DNA from: a virus
Taxonomy: Duplodnaviria > Caudoviricetes
IMG/VR virus record: IMGVR_UViG_3300032261_000031
Location: 1-40,016 of that record
Direction: 5' to 3' (one strand)
Length of the DNA: 40,016 bases
The notes beneath the pieces were generated by a model. That model did no database searches. It worked only from the letters and a program-made list of their open reading frames with translations, and was not told where the DNA came from. The position numbers and the translations under genes were made by a program. Below, piece by piece: positions 7,993 through 17,249 of the stretch (within the stretch, counting starts at the first letter, position 1; each line of letters opens with the position of its first letter).

Positions 7993-9214
7993 GCGGCAAG
8001 CGCGCTACAAGGTGGTCGCGGCCGGTCGACGGTTCGGCAAGGGCATCCTCGGCGTCTCGGCGGCGTTTCACGCCGCGGCGCGGAACAACAAGTGCCGGTG
8101 GATCGCGCCGAGCTACTCGAGCGACTCGTATCAGAGCGGCTGGCGCATGGCTAGCGACCTCGCCGCCCAGATTCCCGGCGTCGAGGTCCACCTGCAAAAG
8201 CGCCAGTTCGACTTCGGGCGCGTCAACGGCGGCTGGCTGCAGTTCCGGACCGCGGAGGAGCCCGACGCGCTGCGCGGCGAGGGGATCGACTTCGTGGTGT
8301 TCGACGAGGCGGCGCACGTGACGGGGCTCGAGGAGATGTGGGAGCAATGCGTGCGCCCGTCGCTCATGGACAACCGCGGCGACGCTTGGTTCATCAGCAC
8401 GCCGTATGGCTTCAACTATTTCAACACGCTTTTTCAGCTCGGGTTTCACGACGAGGATTGGGCTTGCTTTCAGTTTCCGACCGGGACGAACCCGCACATC
8501 GACAAGCGCGAGATCGCTGACTTGCGCGCGAGCTTGCCGTTGCTGGTCGCGCGGCAAGAGATCGACGCCGAGTTCGTGCAGTTGGCCGGCGCCTTGTTCA
8601 AGCGCCAGAACATCGACGTCGTCGAGGCGGCGCCGCCGGGCGTCGCGTGGGTGCGCTCGTGGGACCTGGCCTTCACCGAGAAGACGACCGCCGATTACAC
8701 CGCCGGCGTCAAGTTGGGGATGACGGCCGACGGCACGATCGTCGTCGCTGACGTCATCGTCGGGCACATGGAATGGCCGGACGCGGTGCGCTGCATCGCG
8801 AACACGGCGCATTTGGACGGACCGGCGACGCGGCAAGGGATCGAGGTCGTGAGCGCGCAGGTCGGCATGATGCAGACCTTGATGCGCGACCCGCTCCTGG
8901 CGCGCTACGCGTTCGAGCCGATCCAGGTGCATCGCGACAAGCTCACGCGCGCGTTGCCGGTCATAGCGCGCAGCGAGCAAGGCAAGTTCGCGGTGGTGCG
9001 CGCGCCGTGGAACCAGCATTTCATCGACGAGCTGTGCGCGTTCCCGGAAAGCGAGCACGACGACCAGGTCGACGCGCTCTCGGGCGGCATGACGCTGCTC
9101 AGCGAGCCCACGGGCGCGATCACGGACGTCACCAAGATCCACGTCGGCACGCCCGCGGCCACCGCGCGGTTCAGGTCCGGCTTCAAGCCCAGGCGTTTGG
9201 TCACGGCGGCATGA
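7910..9214 (+). CDS. terL: Terminase large subunit
   Basis: Walker A AGRRFGK, LRGEGIDFVVFDEAA (Walker B), ISTP coupling motif, nuclease motifs SWDLA, ADYTA and HDDQVDA. Confidence 0.95.
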   Translation: MVTRRKNATRSIEGFLPKFHPAQIEIAERQARYKVVAAGRRFGKGILGVSAAFHAAARNNKCRWIAPSYSSDSYQSGWRMASDLAAQIPGVEVHLQKRQFDFGRVNGGWLQFRTAEEPDALRGEGIDFVVFDEAAHVTGLEEMWEQCVRPSLMDNRGDAWFISTPYGFNYFNTLFQLGFHDEDWACFQFPTGTNPHIDKREIADLRASLPLLVARQEIDAEFVQLAGALFKRQNIDVVEAAPPGVAWVRSWDLAFTEKTTADYTAGVKLGMTADGTIVVADVIVGHMEWPDAVRCIANTAHLDGPATRQGIEVVSAQVGMMQTLMRDPLLARYAFEPIQVHRDKLTRALPVIARSEQGKFAVVRAPWNQHFIDELCAFPESEHDDQVDALSGGMTLLSEPTGAITDVTKIHVGTPAATARFRSGFKPRRLVTAA

Positions 9215-10914
9215 AAGCGAACGGCGAGATCAAAGCTGCTGGCCGCCACGCGGTGCGCGGCGCGAGCGGCAGGTTCGCGAAAGCGCCTCCGACCCAGCGC
9301 ACCAACGGCGAGAGGCCGGTCGACCCGGCCTCGACGATGCGCATCCCGACCGGCACGAACCGGTTCCTGAGGCAGCGCACCACGCGCGCCGTCCAGTTCA
9401 ACTGGGTGCTGCCGATGATCGGCGCGGTCACGCCGCAATACCTCGAGATGATCCTGCGCGGCGCGCTGGCCGGCAACCACGTCCAGCAATACCAACTTTT
9501 CGAGCTGATGCTCGACAACTGGCCCGAGCTCGCGGCCGCGTGGCAGGAGCTCACCTACGGCGTGACCCGGCGCGAGATCGTGTTCGAGCCGTTCACCGAG
9601 GAAGACGAGAAGCCGACCGACAGCGCGGTCGCCAAGACCAAGCTGGTCAGCGCGGTCATGCGCCGGATGAACCCGCTCGTGCAAGAGGACGAGAACGGGC
9701 TCAAGGACACGGTGCGCGACCTGCTGGACGGCTGGCTGCGCGGGTTCGTGGTGCTCGAGGTGATGTGGCAGACGATCGAGCTTTCCGAGGCCGCGGGAGG
9801 CGGGTTCGGGACAGGGCCGCGGGCGACGGCCTGGGTCCAACCGCAGACCTACGGGTTCAACCAGCAAGGGATCCTCGGCTACAACACCGCCCAGCAATAC
9901 ACCGACACGTCGCTTTACTCGGCGCCGTCCCAAATGCAGCTGGAACCGTTCCCGCCGGACAAATTTCTCGTCGGGATCCACAAGGTCAAGAGCGGCACGC
10001 CGTTGGGCGGCCCGATGCTCCGGGCGCTGGCCTGGTGGTGGGTCGCGGCGAATTTCTCTTCCGATTGGCTGTTGAATCTGGCGCAAGTGTTCGGGCTGCC
10101 GTTCCGGTGGGCGAGCTATCCCCCGGCCGCGCCCGACGAGACGGTCGCGGTGATCACGGACATGCTCGCCAACATGGGCAGCGCCGGGTGGGCGGCGTTC
10201 CCGACCGGCGTCACGCTCGACCTCAAGGACCCGGTCCGCGCCGCCGGGGAATCGCCCCAGGGGCACCTGCTCGATCGCGCCGACAAATACGCGCGCTCGC
10301 TGATCCTCGGCCAGACGATGACGGGCACGACGATGGCGCGGGCGGGCGGCCGCGGTGGCCAGGCTTTTGGCACGGTGGAGGCGCAGTTGAAGCAGGACCG
10401 CCTGGAGGCGGCGAGCGAGTTCGTGGCCGACGTGTTCAACACCCAGCTGATCCCGTCGATCCTGCGCTTGAACTACGGCGACGCGGACGAGCCGCCCACC
10501 TGCCGGTTCCTGCAGGAGAACGAGGGCACCCTCCAGGACGCGCAGCGCGACCAGATCTTGATCAACAGCGGCGCGCCGTATCCGCTCTCGCACATGCGCA
10601 AGAAATACTCGATCCCGCAGCCCGAGCCTGGCGAAGAGGTGATGGTGCCGTTGGTCGCCCCGAAAGCGCCCGGCGGCTTCGGGGGCAACCCGGGCAGCGG
10701 CGTGGGCGAACAACCTCACCCCGAGCTCACGCTGCAGGAGAAAGCGCAGCAAGGCCAGCCGGCGGCCGAGCAGCAAGCGAACCGCGCGGCCGAGCAAGAG
10801 AAGATCGCGACGCGGCTGGAAACGATCTCGAAGATCAGCGACGACGAGCTGTTCGGGCGCGAGTTCAAGCGCCTCAGTAGCGAGCTCGTAACGAAGGAGA
10901 AACGCGATGCTTAA
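9211..10914 (+). CDS. Portal protein (Mu gp29/DUF935-like)
   Basis: Follows terL with ATGA overlap. RGFVVLEVMW, LRALAWWW, QVFGLP, ILGQTMT and LIPSILRLNYG motifs. Confidence 0.9.
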   Translation: MKANGEIKAAGRHAVRGASGRFAKAPPTQRTNGERPVDPASTMRIPTGTNRFLRQRTTRAVQFNWVLPMIGAVTPQYLEMILRGALAGNHVQQYQLFELMLDNWPELAAAWQELTYGVTRREIVFEPFTEEDEKPTDSAVAKTKLVSAVMRRMNPLVQEDENGLKDTVRDLLDGWLRGFVVLEVMWQTIELSEAAGGGFGTGPRATAWVQPQTYGFNQQGILGYNTAQQYTDTSLYSAPSQMQLEPFPPDKFLVGIHKVKSGTPLGGPMLRALAWWWVAANFSSDWLLNLAQVFGLPFRWASYPPAAPDETVAVITDMLANMGSAGWAAFPTGVTLDLKDPVRAAGESPQGHLLDRADKYARSLILGQTMTGTTMARAGGRGGQAFGTVEAQLKQDRLEAASEFVADVFNTQLIPSILRLNYGDADEPPTCRFLQENEGTLQDAQRDQILINSGAPYPLSHMRKKYSIPQPEPGEEVMVPLVAPKAPGGFGGNPGSGVGEQPHPELTLQEKAQQGQPAAEQQANRAAEQEKIATRLETISKISDDELFGREFKRLSSELVTKEKRDA

Positions 10915-11188
10915 GGTCACCGGGCAATACGTGTTCAACGTCATGGGCGACGGCGTCGAGACCGAGACGCTGATCCCGCTCCGCGGGCTCGAGCCGCCGA
11001 CTCCGATCGCGGAGGACAAGATTCCGACCGAGCTGATCGCGTTGCAGGTAGGGCAGAGCCCCGGCGGCGGAACGTGCGCGCTCGAGGACGGCGAATACGC
11101 GCACCTCTATTTCGACAAGCCGCCGCCCGCGAACAACGCGACGCAGGTCACGATCACAGCGCTCTTTGGAATCGAACGACTCGAATGA
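10907..11188 (+). CDS. Hypothetical protein (93 aa) in head module
   Basis: AAGGAG RBS; overlaps the portal stop. Confidence 0.6.
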   Translation: MLKVTGQYVFNVMGDGVETETLIPLRGLEPPTPIAEDKIPTELIALQVGQSPGGGTCALEDGEYAHLYFDKPPPANNATQVTITALFGIERLE

Positions 11189-11216
11189 AAAAAACATAAA
11201 GAAAAGGAAAACGCAC

Positions 11217-11321
11217 ATGCCAACCGACACACCGCCAGCACCGACCCAACCGAAACCAGCGCCGACGCCGGAGCCAGCGCCGCAACCCGCGCCGCAGCCG
11301 AAGCCCGCGCCAACCAGTTAG
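11217..11321 (+). CDS. 34-aa proline-rich peptide (MPTDTPPAPTQPKPAPTPEPAPQPAPQPKPAPTS)
   Basis: AAGGA upstream; PAPxP repeats; fills an intergenic gap. Confidence 0.45.
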   Translation: MPTDTPPAPTQPKPAPTPEPAPQPAPQPKPAPTS

Positions 11322-11335
11322 GAAGAAGATTTTTT

Positions 11336-11575
11336 ATGACAACCGCGAAGCATCCGCACTCGCACGCGCACGCGGCGCACGAAACGCAGGCCGAACTCGC
11401 GCCCCCGGACCAGCCAGCCGGAGCAGGCGTCGTCACTCCGTATGATCCCGGTCCATGCCCGCCGCAGGGCGGCTCGACCAGCGTGCGCCAGATGAACAGC
11501 ACGACCACGGCGACCATGACCGACTACCAGTATTGGCACTTCAAACAGCACGGGCATTACACGCCGCTGCAATGA
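11336..11575 (+). CDS. Microprotein, paralogue 1 (PCPP...TDYQYW motif)
   Basis: Shares a ~35-aa C-terminal motif with the next ORF, with synonymous differences. Confidence 0.75.
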   Translation: MTTAKHPHSHAHAAHETQAELAPPDQPAGAGVVTPYDPGPCPPQGGSTSVRQMNSTTTATMTDYQYWHFKQHGHYTPLQ

Positions 11576-11763
11576 CAACTGACGAAGAAAAATCTGTTGA
11601 ATCAGAATCGCAGGCGGCGGAGGTCGCGCCGTTGCACGCGCCGTGTCCGCCGACCGGCGGCGCGACTAGCTCGCGCCAGATGTCGAGCACGATCACGGCG
11701 CCGCTGACTGATTACCAATACTGGTTTTTCAAGATGCACGGACACCCCACCAAAGTTTCGTGA
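11572..11763 (+). CDS. Microprotein, paralogue 2 (PCPP...TDYQYW motif)
   Basis: ATGA overlap at 11572; paralogous to 11336-11575. Confidence 0.75.
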   Translation: MTTDEEKSVESESQAAEVAPLHAPCPPTGGATSSRQMSSTITAPLTDYQYWFFKMHGHPTKVS

Positions 11764-11775
11764 AAGGAAAAAATT

Positions 11776-14229
11776 ATGGCTGAAGACAATGGCAAAAAAC
11801 CTTACGGCGACGTCGAATACGCCGACCCCGGCTATCAAAAGGACAAGAAGAAGCGCTACCCGGTCGACACCGAGGCGCACGCGCGCGCGGCGTGGAGCTA
11901 CATCAACAAGGAGGGCAACGCGGGCGCGTATTCGAGCGAGGACCTGGCCAAGGTCAAGGCGAAGATCAGGAGCGCGTGCAAGAAGTTCGGGATCGAGATC
12001 GCGGGCGAAGACGGCAAGAAGGACGGCGAGTCCAAGGCCGGCGACGAGGGCGACTACGAGCAGCAATTCGTGGTGGACGGCGTCGACGACGCCGGCGGCC
12101 CGATCGAGTGCCGCGCCGCGGTGCACCTCGACCGCGTCCAGCGCAACGAGCTGGTGTTCCTGCCGGTCGGCGTCCACGCGATCACGCCCGTGAGCGGCGG
12201 GATCGGCAAACCGATCAAGGTGCTGGTCGACTCGCAGACCGCCGCGGCGATCGAGTCGCAGCGCGTGGCGATCCAGGCGCGCACGGACAAGCGCGTCTAC
12301 TTCGACTTCAACCACGAGGACGGGCGCGCGAGCTTTTGGCCGCAGACGTTCGTCTGGCGCCCGAGCGAGGGCGTGGTCGCCAAGGGCGAGTGGACCACCA
12401 GCGGGCGCATCGCCGTCGAAGGCAAGGACTTCAGGGCGTTCTCGCCCGTGTTTCACGTCGACGACAAGCGCAAGGACCCGTCGCGCGTCGTCTGTTCGGA
12501 ACACGCGAGCCCGAACATGGGCGGGCTGGTCAACGATCCAGCCTTTTCAGCTTTGCCCCTATGGGCGAAAAACGCCGGTGACAACGCCGGAGCAGGAACC
12601 AACAAACAAAAAGAAAGAGAAGTCAAAATGACTACCGAAGAAATCGCTGCGCTCCGGGCGAAACATCAGGAGCTTGAAACCAAGGTCGCGAGCCTCGCCG
12701 CCGTCGTGGCGGCGAACGCCGACGACGAACCGGCGAAGATCAAACTCGGCGCCGCGCAGGCGGAGGAGAAGGCGGCCGCGCTCGAGATCGAGACCGCGGA
12801 GCTCAAATCGCGCTCCGCGCTCTTGACCGAGCAGATCCACGCGCGCAACCGGCAGGACGCCGACGCGAGCATCAAGGCGGCGGTCGCGCGCGGCGCGATC
12901 GCGCCGAAGGACTTGGTCACGCAAGAGAAGTGGCGCGTCCAACTGACGGCCGATCCGGCGACGTTCAAGCCGATGCTCGACGCGATTCCAGGCAACGGAA
13001 AGAGGCTCAACGATCGGACCACGTATCCGTCGTTGAACAACGGAAGCGGCGTCTCGATCACGGCGGAGGACCCGTTCGCGGTCTACGCGAAGATGGCGCG
13101 CGTCTGCGCCGACTCCGTGCACGCGACCTCGCCCGACGAGAAAGGGCGCTGCGCCGAGGAGTTCAGCGCGATCTACGCGAGCACGTTCAAGGACACGGAC
13201 AAGAACCGCGACATCCGCTCGCGCCTGATCGGCTCGCGCCTGAGCGTGGCCGCGGAGGCGATCAAGGCCGGCGACGTCACCGACGTCAACCTCGGCACGA
13301 TCGCCGGAACGCTCGTCACGCAGCGGACGCTCGAGCTGCTGAAGCAGATCTTCCCGCCGCTGACGCGCTTCACGAGCGACTTCAGCGACCTGCCGGCGAC
13401 GTTCAACCAGGTCATCATGACCCGGATCATCACCATCCCGGTGGTGCAGACGTATTCGACCGCGACCGGCTGGACCGACACGGTGGCCGGAACGACCGAC
13501 GTGCCGATCGTCATCAGCAACCATCGCGGAGTGCCCATCACCTTCAACGAGCAGCTGCTCGCCTCGACGATGCGGCGCTTGTTCGACGAGTTCGCCGAGG
13601 CGAGCGCCTACGCGCTCGGACGCGACCTCGTGAACACGCTCTACGGAAACCTGACCGACGCGAACTTCCCGAACAACACGCTCAGCGCGTCGACCGCGTT
13701 CAACCGCGCGGCGGTGATCGACGTCGGCGTGGCGCTCACCCAGCGCGGGGTTCCGCTCGGGCTCAACAACCGGACGATGCTGCTCTGGCCGGTCGCGTTC
13801 GGAAACTTGGAGAAAGACCCCGCGATGCTGCAGTTCGCGACGAACGTGCCGCGCCCGGACATCGTGACGAACAGTCCGACTCCGGCGAGCGCGTTCGCGG
13901 TCACGGTCGAATCGTTCGACATCTACTCGCAGCCGAACATGCCGAGCAACAACGCGAACCTGGTCGGCTTCGCCGGAAGCAAGTCGGCGCTCTGCATCGC
14001 GACTCGCGTGCCCAACGACTACACGTCGATCCTGCCGGGCGCGTCGTTCGGAAACGTCCAGATCGTGACCGATCCGGACGTCGGAATGTCCGTGATGCAA
14101 GTGCAATACGTGAACCACACGCTCGGAACCGCGACGTCGCGCATAGCGCTCATGTATGGAACCGCGCCGGGGCAAAGCAACGCCGGACAACTGATCAAAG
14201 CCGCCGCGGGCTCGGGCTCGTCGCGGTAG
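11776..14229 (+). CDS. Fused Mu gpI-like prohead protease / scaffold / major capsid protein with an extra N-terminal domain
   Basis: Protease motifs FDFNHE, EWTTSG...FSPVF and GGLVNDPA; Ala/Glu/Lys coiled coil; C-terminal ~330 aa capsid-like region. No separate capsid gene elsewhere. Confidence 0.85.
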   Translation: MAEDNGKKPYGDVEYADPGYQKDKKKRYPVDTEAHARAAWSYINKEGNAGAYSSEDLAKVKAKIRSACKKFGIEIAGEDGKKDGESKAGDEGDYEQQFVVDGVDDAGGPIECRAAVHLDRVQRNELVFLPVGVHAITPVSGGIGKPIKVLVDSQTAAAIESQRVAIQARTDKRVYFDFNHEDGRASFWPQTFVWRPSEGVVAKGEWTTSGRIAVEGKDFRAFSPVFHVDDKRKDPSRVVCSEHASPNMGGLVNDPAFSALPLWAKNAGDNAGAGTNKQKEREVKMTTEEIAALRAKHQELETKVASLAAVVAANADDEPAKIKLGAAQAEEKAAALEIETAELKSRSALLTEQIHARNRQDADASIKAAVARGAIAPKDLVTQEKWRVQLTADPATFKPMLDAIPGNGKRLNDRTTYPSLNNGSGVSITAEDPFAVYAKMARVCADSVHATSPDEKGRCAEEFSAIYASTFKDTDKNRDIRSRLIGSRLSVAAEAIKAGDVTDVNLGTIAGTLVTQRTLELLKQIFPPLTRFTSDFSDLPATFNQVIMTRIITIPVVQTYSTATGWTDTVAGTTDVPIVISNHRGVPITFNEQLLASTMRRLFDEFAEASAYALGRDLVNTLYGNLTDANFPNNTLSASTAFNRAAVIDVGVALTQRGVPLGLNNRTMLLWPVAFGNLEKDPAMLQFATNVPRPDIVTNSPTPASAFAVTVESFDIYSQPNMPSNNANLVGFAGSKSALCIATRVPNDYTSILPGASFGNVQIVTDPDVGMSVMQVQYVNHTLGTATSRIALMYGTAPGQSNAGQLIKAAAGSGSSR

Positions 14230-14264
14230 AACAAACAACTTGGAGAAAGGCAAAGACAAAACAC

Positions 14265-14331
14265 TCACCCACGCGCTGCTCAGAGCGAATCCTCAGTGAA
14301 CGCGACACCCACTGGGCGGCGCGTGCGGTGA
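14265..14331 (+). promoter_or_regulatory. 19-bp RNA stem after the capsid gene, covering the RBS region of the GT9 gene
   Basis: TCACCCACGCGCTGCTCAG (14265-14283) pairs with CTGGGCGGCGCGTG-C-GGTGA (14312-14331), with two G-U pairs and one bulge. Confidence 0.6.
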
Positions 14332-14337
14332 TCACAG

Positions 14338-15267
14338 ATGAAGATCGACACGGTCAACGGCTGGTATCGCGGCGTGGGAGACATCGTCTGCTTCGCCTGG
14401 CTCGGCGAGGGGATGCTCGCCGCCGGCGAGGACGTCGAGTTCTTCGCGACCGACTGGCGCGCCGAGATGCTCCGGATGTTCTCGATGCGGACGACCGGCA
14501 GCAAGACCGACGCCGTGCTCACCATGGTCGGCTACGAGACGGCGGTCAAGCTCGGCTCGTCGCTCTCTTACTTGCAATGGATCGCGCGGCACCTGAAGGT
14601 GACCGCCGAGCCGAAGCGACCGCGGCTGGACCTCATCCCGATGGACCGCGAGATGGGGCGCCGCGACAGCGCGGACGTGCTCGTTTTCCCGAAGTCGTTC
14701 TCGCCCGTGCGCACGTGGCCGGCAGCCTACTTCGTCGAGCTCGGTCTGCTGCTGCAAAAGGCCGGCGTGAGCGTGAAATACGTGCTCGAGCAGCGCGACT
14801 ACGCGTTCTTCATGCCGTTCCACTGCATCGTGGGCCAGAGCTGGGACTACATCGCGGGCGCGATCCAATCCGCCCGGCTCGTGATCGGCAACGACAGCGG
14901 GCCGGCGCACCTGGCCGGAACGATCGGCACCCGCACGATCGCGATCCAAGGCGCGACGACGGAGCGCATCTACGCGCACATCCCCGAGGTGATAAGCTAC
15001 CGCAAGAAGGCGCTCCGCTGCGCGGGGTGCCATTGCTTGCCGCCGTCGTTCCGGGCGTCGTGCGACAGCGGTTGCCTGGAGCTTTACCGGACGTTCCCCG
15101 AAGAAGTGGCGCGCTTCGCGTTCCAGCTGTTGGAAACGCAAGAATCGGCGCGCGAATTCGCGCTTTCGCCCGTCGAACGTCAAGAATCGACCGCCGAAGT
15201 CGACTTTTCGTCCAACAACGCCCACGAGCGAGGGCCGGAACCGAGGGAGGCGTTGGCGTGCTTGTGA
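14338..15267 (+). CDS. Glycosyltransferase family 9 (heptosyltransferase-like)
   Basis: GVGDIV, RTWPAAYFVEL and LVIGNDSGPAHLAGTIGTRTIAIQG motifs; C-terminal Cys cluster CAGCHC...CDSGC. Confidence 0.9.
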   Translation: MKIDTVNGWYRGVGDIVCFAWLGEGMLAAGEDVEFFATDWRAEMLRMFSMRTTGSKTDAVLTMVGYETAVKLGSSLSYLQWIARHLKVTAEPKRPRLDLIPMDREMGRRDSADVLVFPKSFSPVRTWPAAYFVELGLLLQKAGVSVKYVLEQRDYAFFMPFHCIVGQSWDYIAGAIQSARLVIGNDSGPAHLAGTIGTRTIAIQGATTERIYAHIPEVISYRKKALRCAGCHCLPPSFRASCDSGCLELYRTFPEEVARFAFQLLETQESAREFALSPVERQESTAEVDFSSNNAHERGPEPREALACL

Positions 15268-15926
15268 AGATGGGCTTCGGCATGGACGGCATCGAGGAAC
15301 GAATCGAGTTCTACGCGAGGAACGTCGCCGAGCAGTTCGACCCGATCACCTACGTCGAGATCGGCGTCGCGGAAGGCGTGACGCTTAGCGCGGTCGCGTC
15401 GATCTTGAAGGCGAGCGGCAAGCCGTGGCGCGCGATCGGCGTCGAGCTCGCCAACGGCTACTCGTTCAACCGCGAGCGCACGCAGCAGGTCGCCGACCAG
15501 CGGCACATCCCACTCCGGTTCGTGATGCCGAACGGCTCGATCGTGCACGCGCCGTGGAACGAGGCTACGGTTTACTTCAAAGACAGCCAAAGCTTCCTGA
15601 CCGAGTGCTGGCAAGGCGAGATCGACCTCGCCCTGATCGACGGTTGCCACGGCAAGCCGTGCGTGATCCTGGACTTTTTGGCGGTCGAAGCGTTCATGGC
15701 CGACGGCGGGATCGTGATGTTCCACGACTTCGCCGAGGAGTTGAAAGGCGTCGCGCAACCGCATTGCCGGACCGGTTGCGACGTGCGCGGGGCGTGCGAG
15801 GAGCTAGGGTTGCTCAACGGGAAGCGCAAAGGCTGGCATTTCCTCGAGGCGATGATCGGCGACAAGACGCGCGGCGGCTCGGACATGGGCGTGTTCGGGA
15901 AATCGGAGGCCAAGAAAGATGCCTAA
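15264..15926 (+). CDS. Class I SAM-dependent methyltransferase (Methyltransf_24-like)
   Basis: YVEIGVAEGVT, IDLALIDGCH and GGIVMFHD motifs; GTGA overlap with the GT9 stop. Confidence 0.85.
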   Translation: MKMGFGMDGIEERIEFYARNVAEQFDPITYVEIGVAEGVTLSAVASILKASGKPWRAIGVELANGYSFNRERTQQVADQRHIPLRFVMPNGSIVHAPWNEATVYFKDSQSFLTECWQGEIDLALIDGCHGKPCVILDFLAVEAFMADGGIVMFHDFAEELKGVAQPHCRTGCDVRGACEELGLLNGKRKGWHFLEAMIGDKTRGGSDMGVFGKSEAKKDA

Positions 15927-16368
15927 CTGGATCTTGCTCACCGCCGACAACGTGCGCCTGCTGGCGACCGAAGAAACGATCATGGCCAACGCCGGGCCGA
16001 CCAACGACCTGCAGAGCTGCGTGCTCAAGGCGACCGACGTCGCGCGAGGCTACGTCGAGGGCGGCGCGAACACGATGGAGCCGCCTCCGGCGGTGCCGCC
16101 CGAGGTGGCCGACGACGTGGTCGCGATCGCGCGGGCGACCTACCTGGCGCAAGACCCGACCGGGACGCTGCTCACGCCGATCCGCCAGAAAGAATGGGAC
16201 ATGGCCATAGCGCACCTGCGCGACGTCGCCAAGCGCGTGTCGGCCGTGACCCAGGGCCACGTCACCGTGCCCGACATCACCATCGGCAAGTGGGGCTCCT
16301 ATCCGCCGGTCCAGATGCGCACGGCGTTCACGCCGCCGCCGGCAACCCCGATCCCGACGCCACCGTGA
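15919..16368 (+). CDS. Head-tail adaptor (Mu gp36/DUF1320-like)
   Basis: Size, position and the VAIAR...WDMAIAHLRDVAK pattern. Confidence 0.7.
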   Translation: MPNWILLTADNVRLLATEETIMANAGPTNDLQSCVLKATDVARGYVEGGANTMEPPPAVPPEVADDVVAIARATYLAQDPTGTLLTPIRQKEWDMAIAHLRDVAKRVSAVTQGHVTVPDITIGKWGSYPPVQMRTAFTPPPATPIPTPP

Positions 16369-17249
16369 ACGCAACCGTCACCAGATTACTTCTTGCCGCC
16401 TCGGCGTGTCCTCCACAGGAAGGCCGAGCAGTTGCTGCCCTTCTGCTTTGCTCATCAACACCGCGCCGAGCGCGGCAAGTCACCGCCTACGAGAAAACGC
16501 GCGACAAGCTGCAGGCGCGCTTCAGGAGCGCTCTGGTGCGCGTGCTCAAGTTCGCCAAGCACGAGACGCTCCGGAAGCTGCACCGATACATGTATCGCAA
16601 CCGCCCGCTGAAGGGCGCGGACGCGACGCCGGACCATTCCGATTCCGGGCAGATCGCGTTCAACGTCGACGAGCTGCGGCAAGACCTTCACCAGATGCTC
16701 GAGACGCAGCTGCCGCACGCCACCGCCACCGCGGTCGAGGAAACGCTGAGCGAGCTCGGCTACCGCGACCCGTGGTCGCTGCCGGCGCAAGCGACGCTCG
16801 ACATGGTCGCGGCGCGCAAGAACTTGATCAGCGGCGTGCCGGACGAAATCTTCGCCGACATCCAGAGGGCGATCTCCGACGGCTTGAAAGCGGGCGACTC
16901 CGTCGATCAACTGGCGCGCCGCATCGGAGCGGCGTTCAACGCGATCCTGACCGACCGCGCCGAGCTGATCGCGCAGACCGAGACGGCGGCCGCCTACGGG
17001 TTCGCGAGCAACGCGGCCGCGGAGCAGGCCGGAGTCGAATACAAGCAATGGATCCACGCCGGGCTGCCGAAAGAGCCGCGCCCGGACCACCTCGACATCG
17101 ACGGGCTGATCGTGCCGATGGACGAGCCTTACCCGGTCGGCGACCCGCCGCTCATGTATCCGCACGACCCGGACGGGAGCGCGGAGGACGTGATCAACTG
17201 CGGTTGCATCTCGATCCCGGCCACGCAAGAGGATTACGACAACCAATGA
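16365..17249 (+). CDS. Minor head morphogenesis protein (Mu gpF / SPP1 gp7 family)
   Basis: RAELIAQTETAAAY, KQWIH, PRPDH, LMYPHDP and INCGC motifs. Start uncertain. Confidence 0.9.
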   Translation: MNATVTRLLLAASACPPQEGRAVAALLLCSSTPRRARQVTAYEKTRDKLQARFRSALVRVLKFAKHETLRKLHRYMYRNRPLKGADATPDHSDSGQIAFNVDELRQDLHQMLETQLPHATATAVEETLSELGYRDPWSLPAQATLDMVAARKNLISGVPDEIFADIQRAISDGLKAGDSVDQLARRIGAAFNAILTDRAELIAQTETAAAYGFASNAAAEQAGVEYKQWIHAGLPKEPRPDHLDIDGLIVPMDEPYPVGDPPLMYPHDPDGSAEDVINCGCISIPATQEDYDNQ

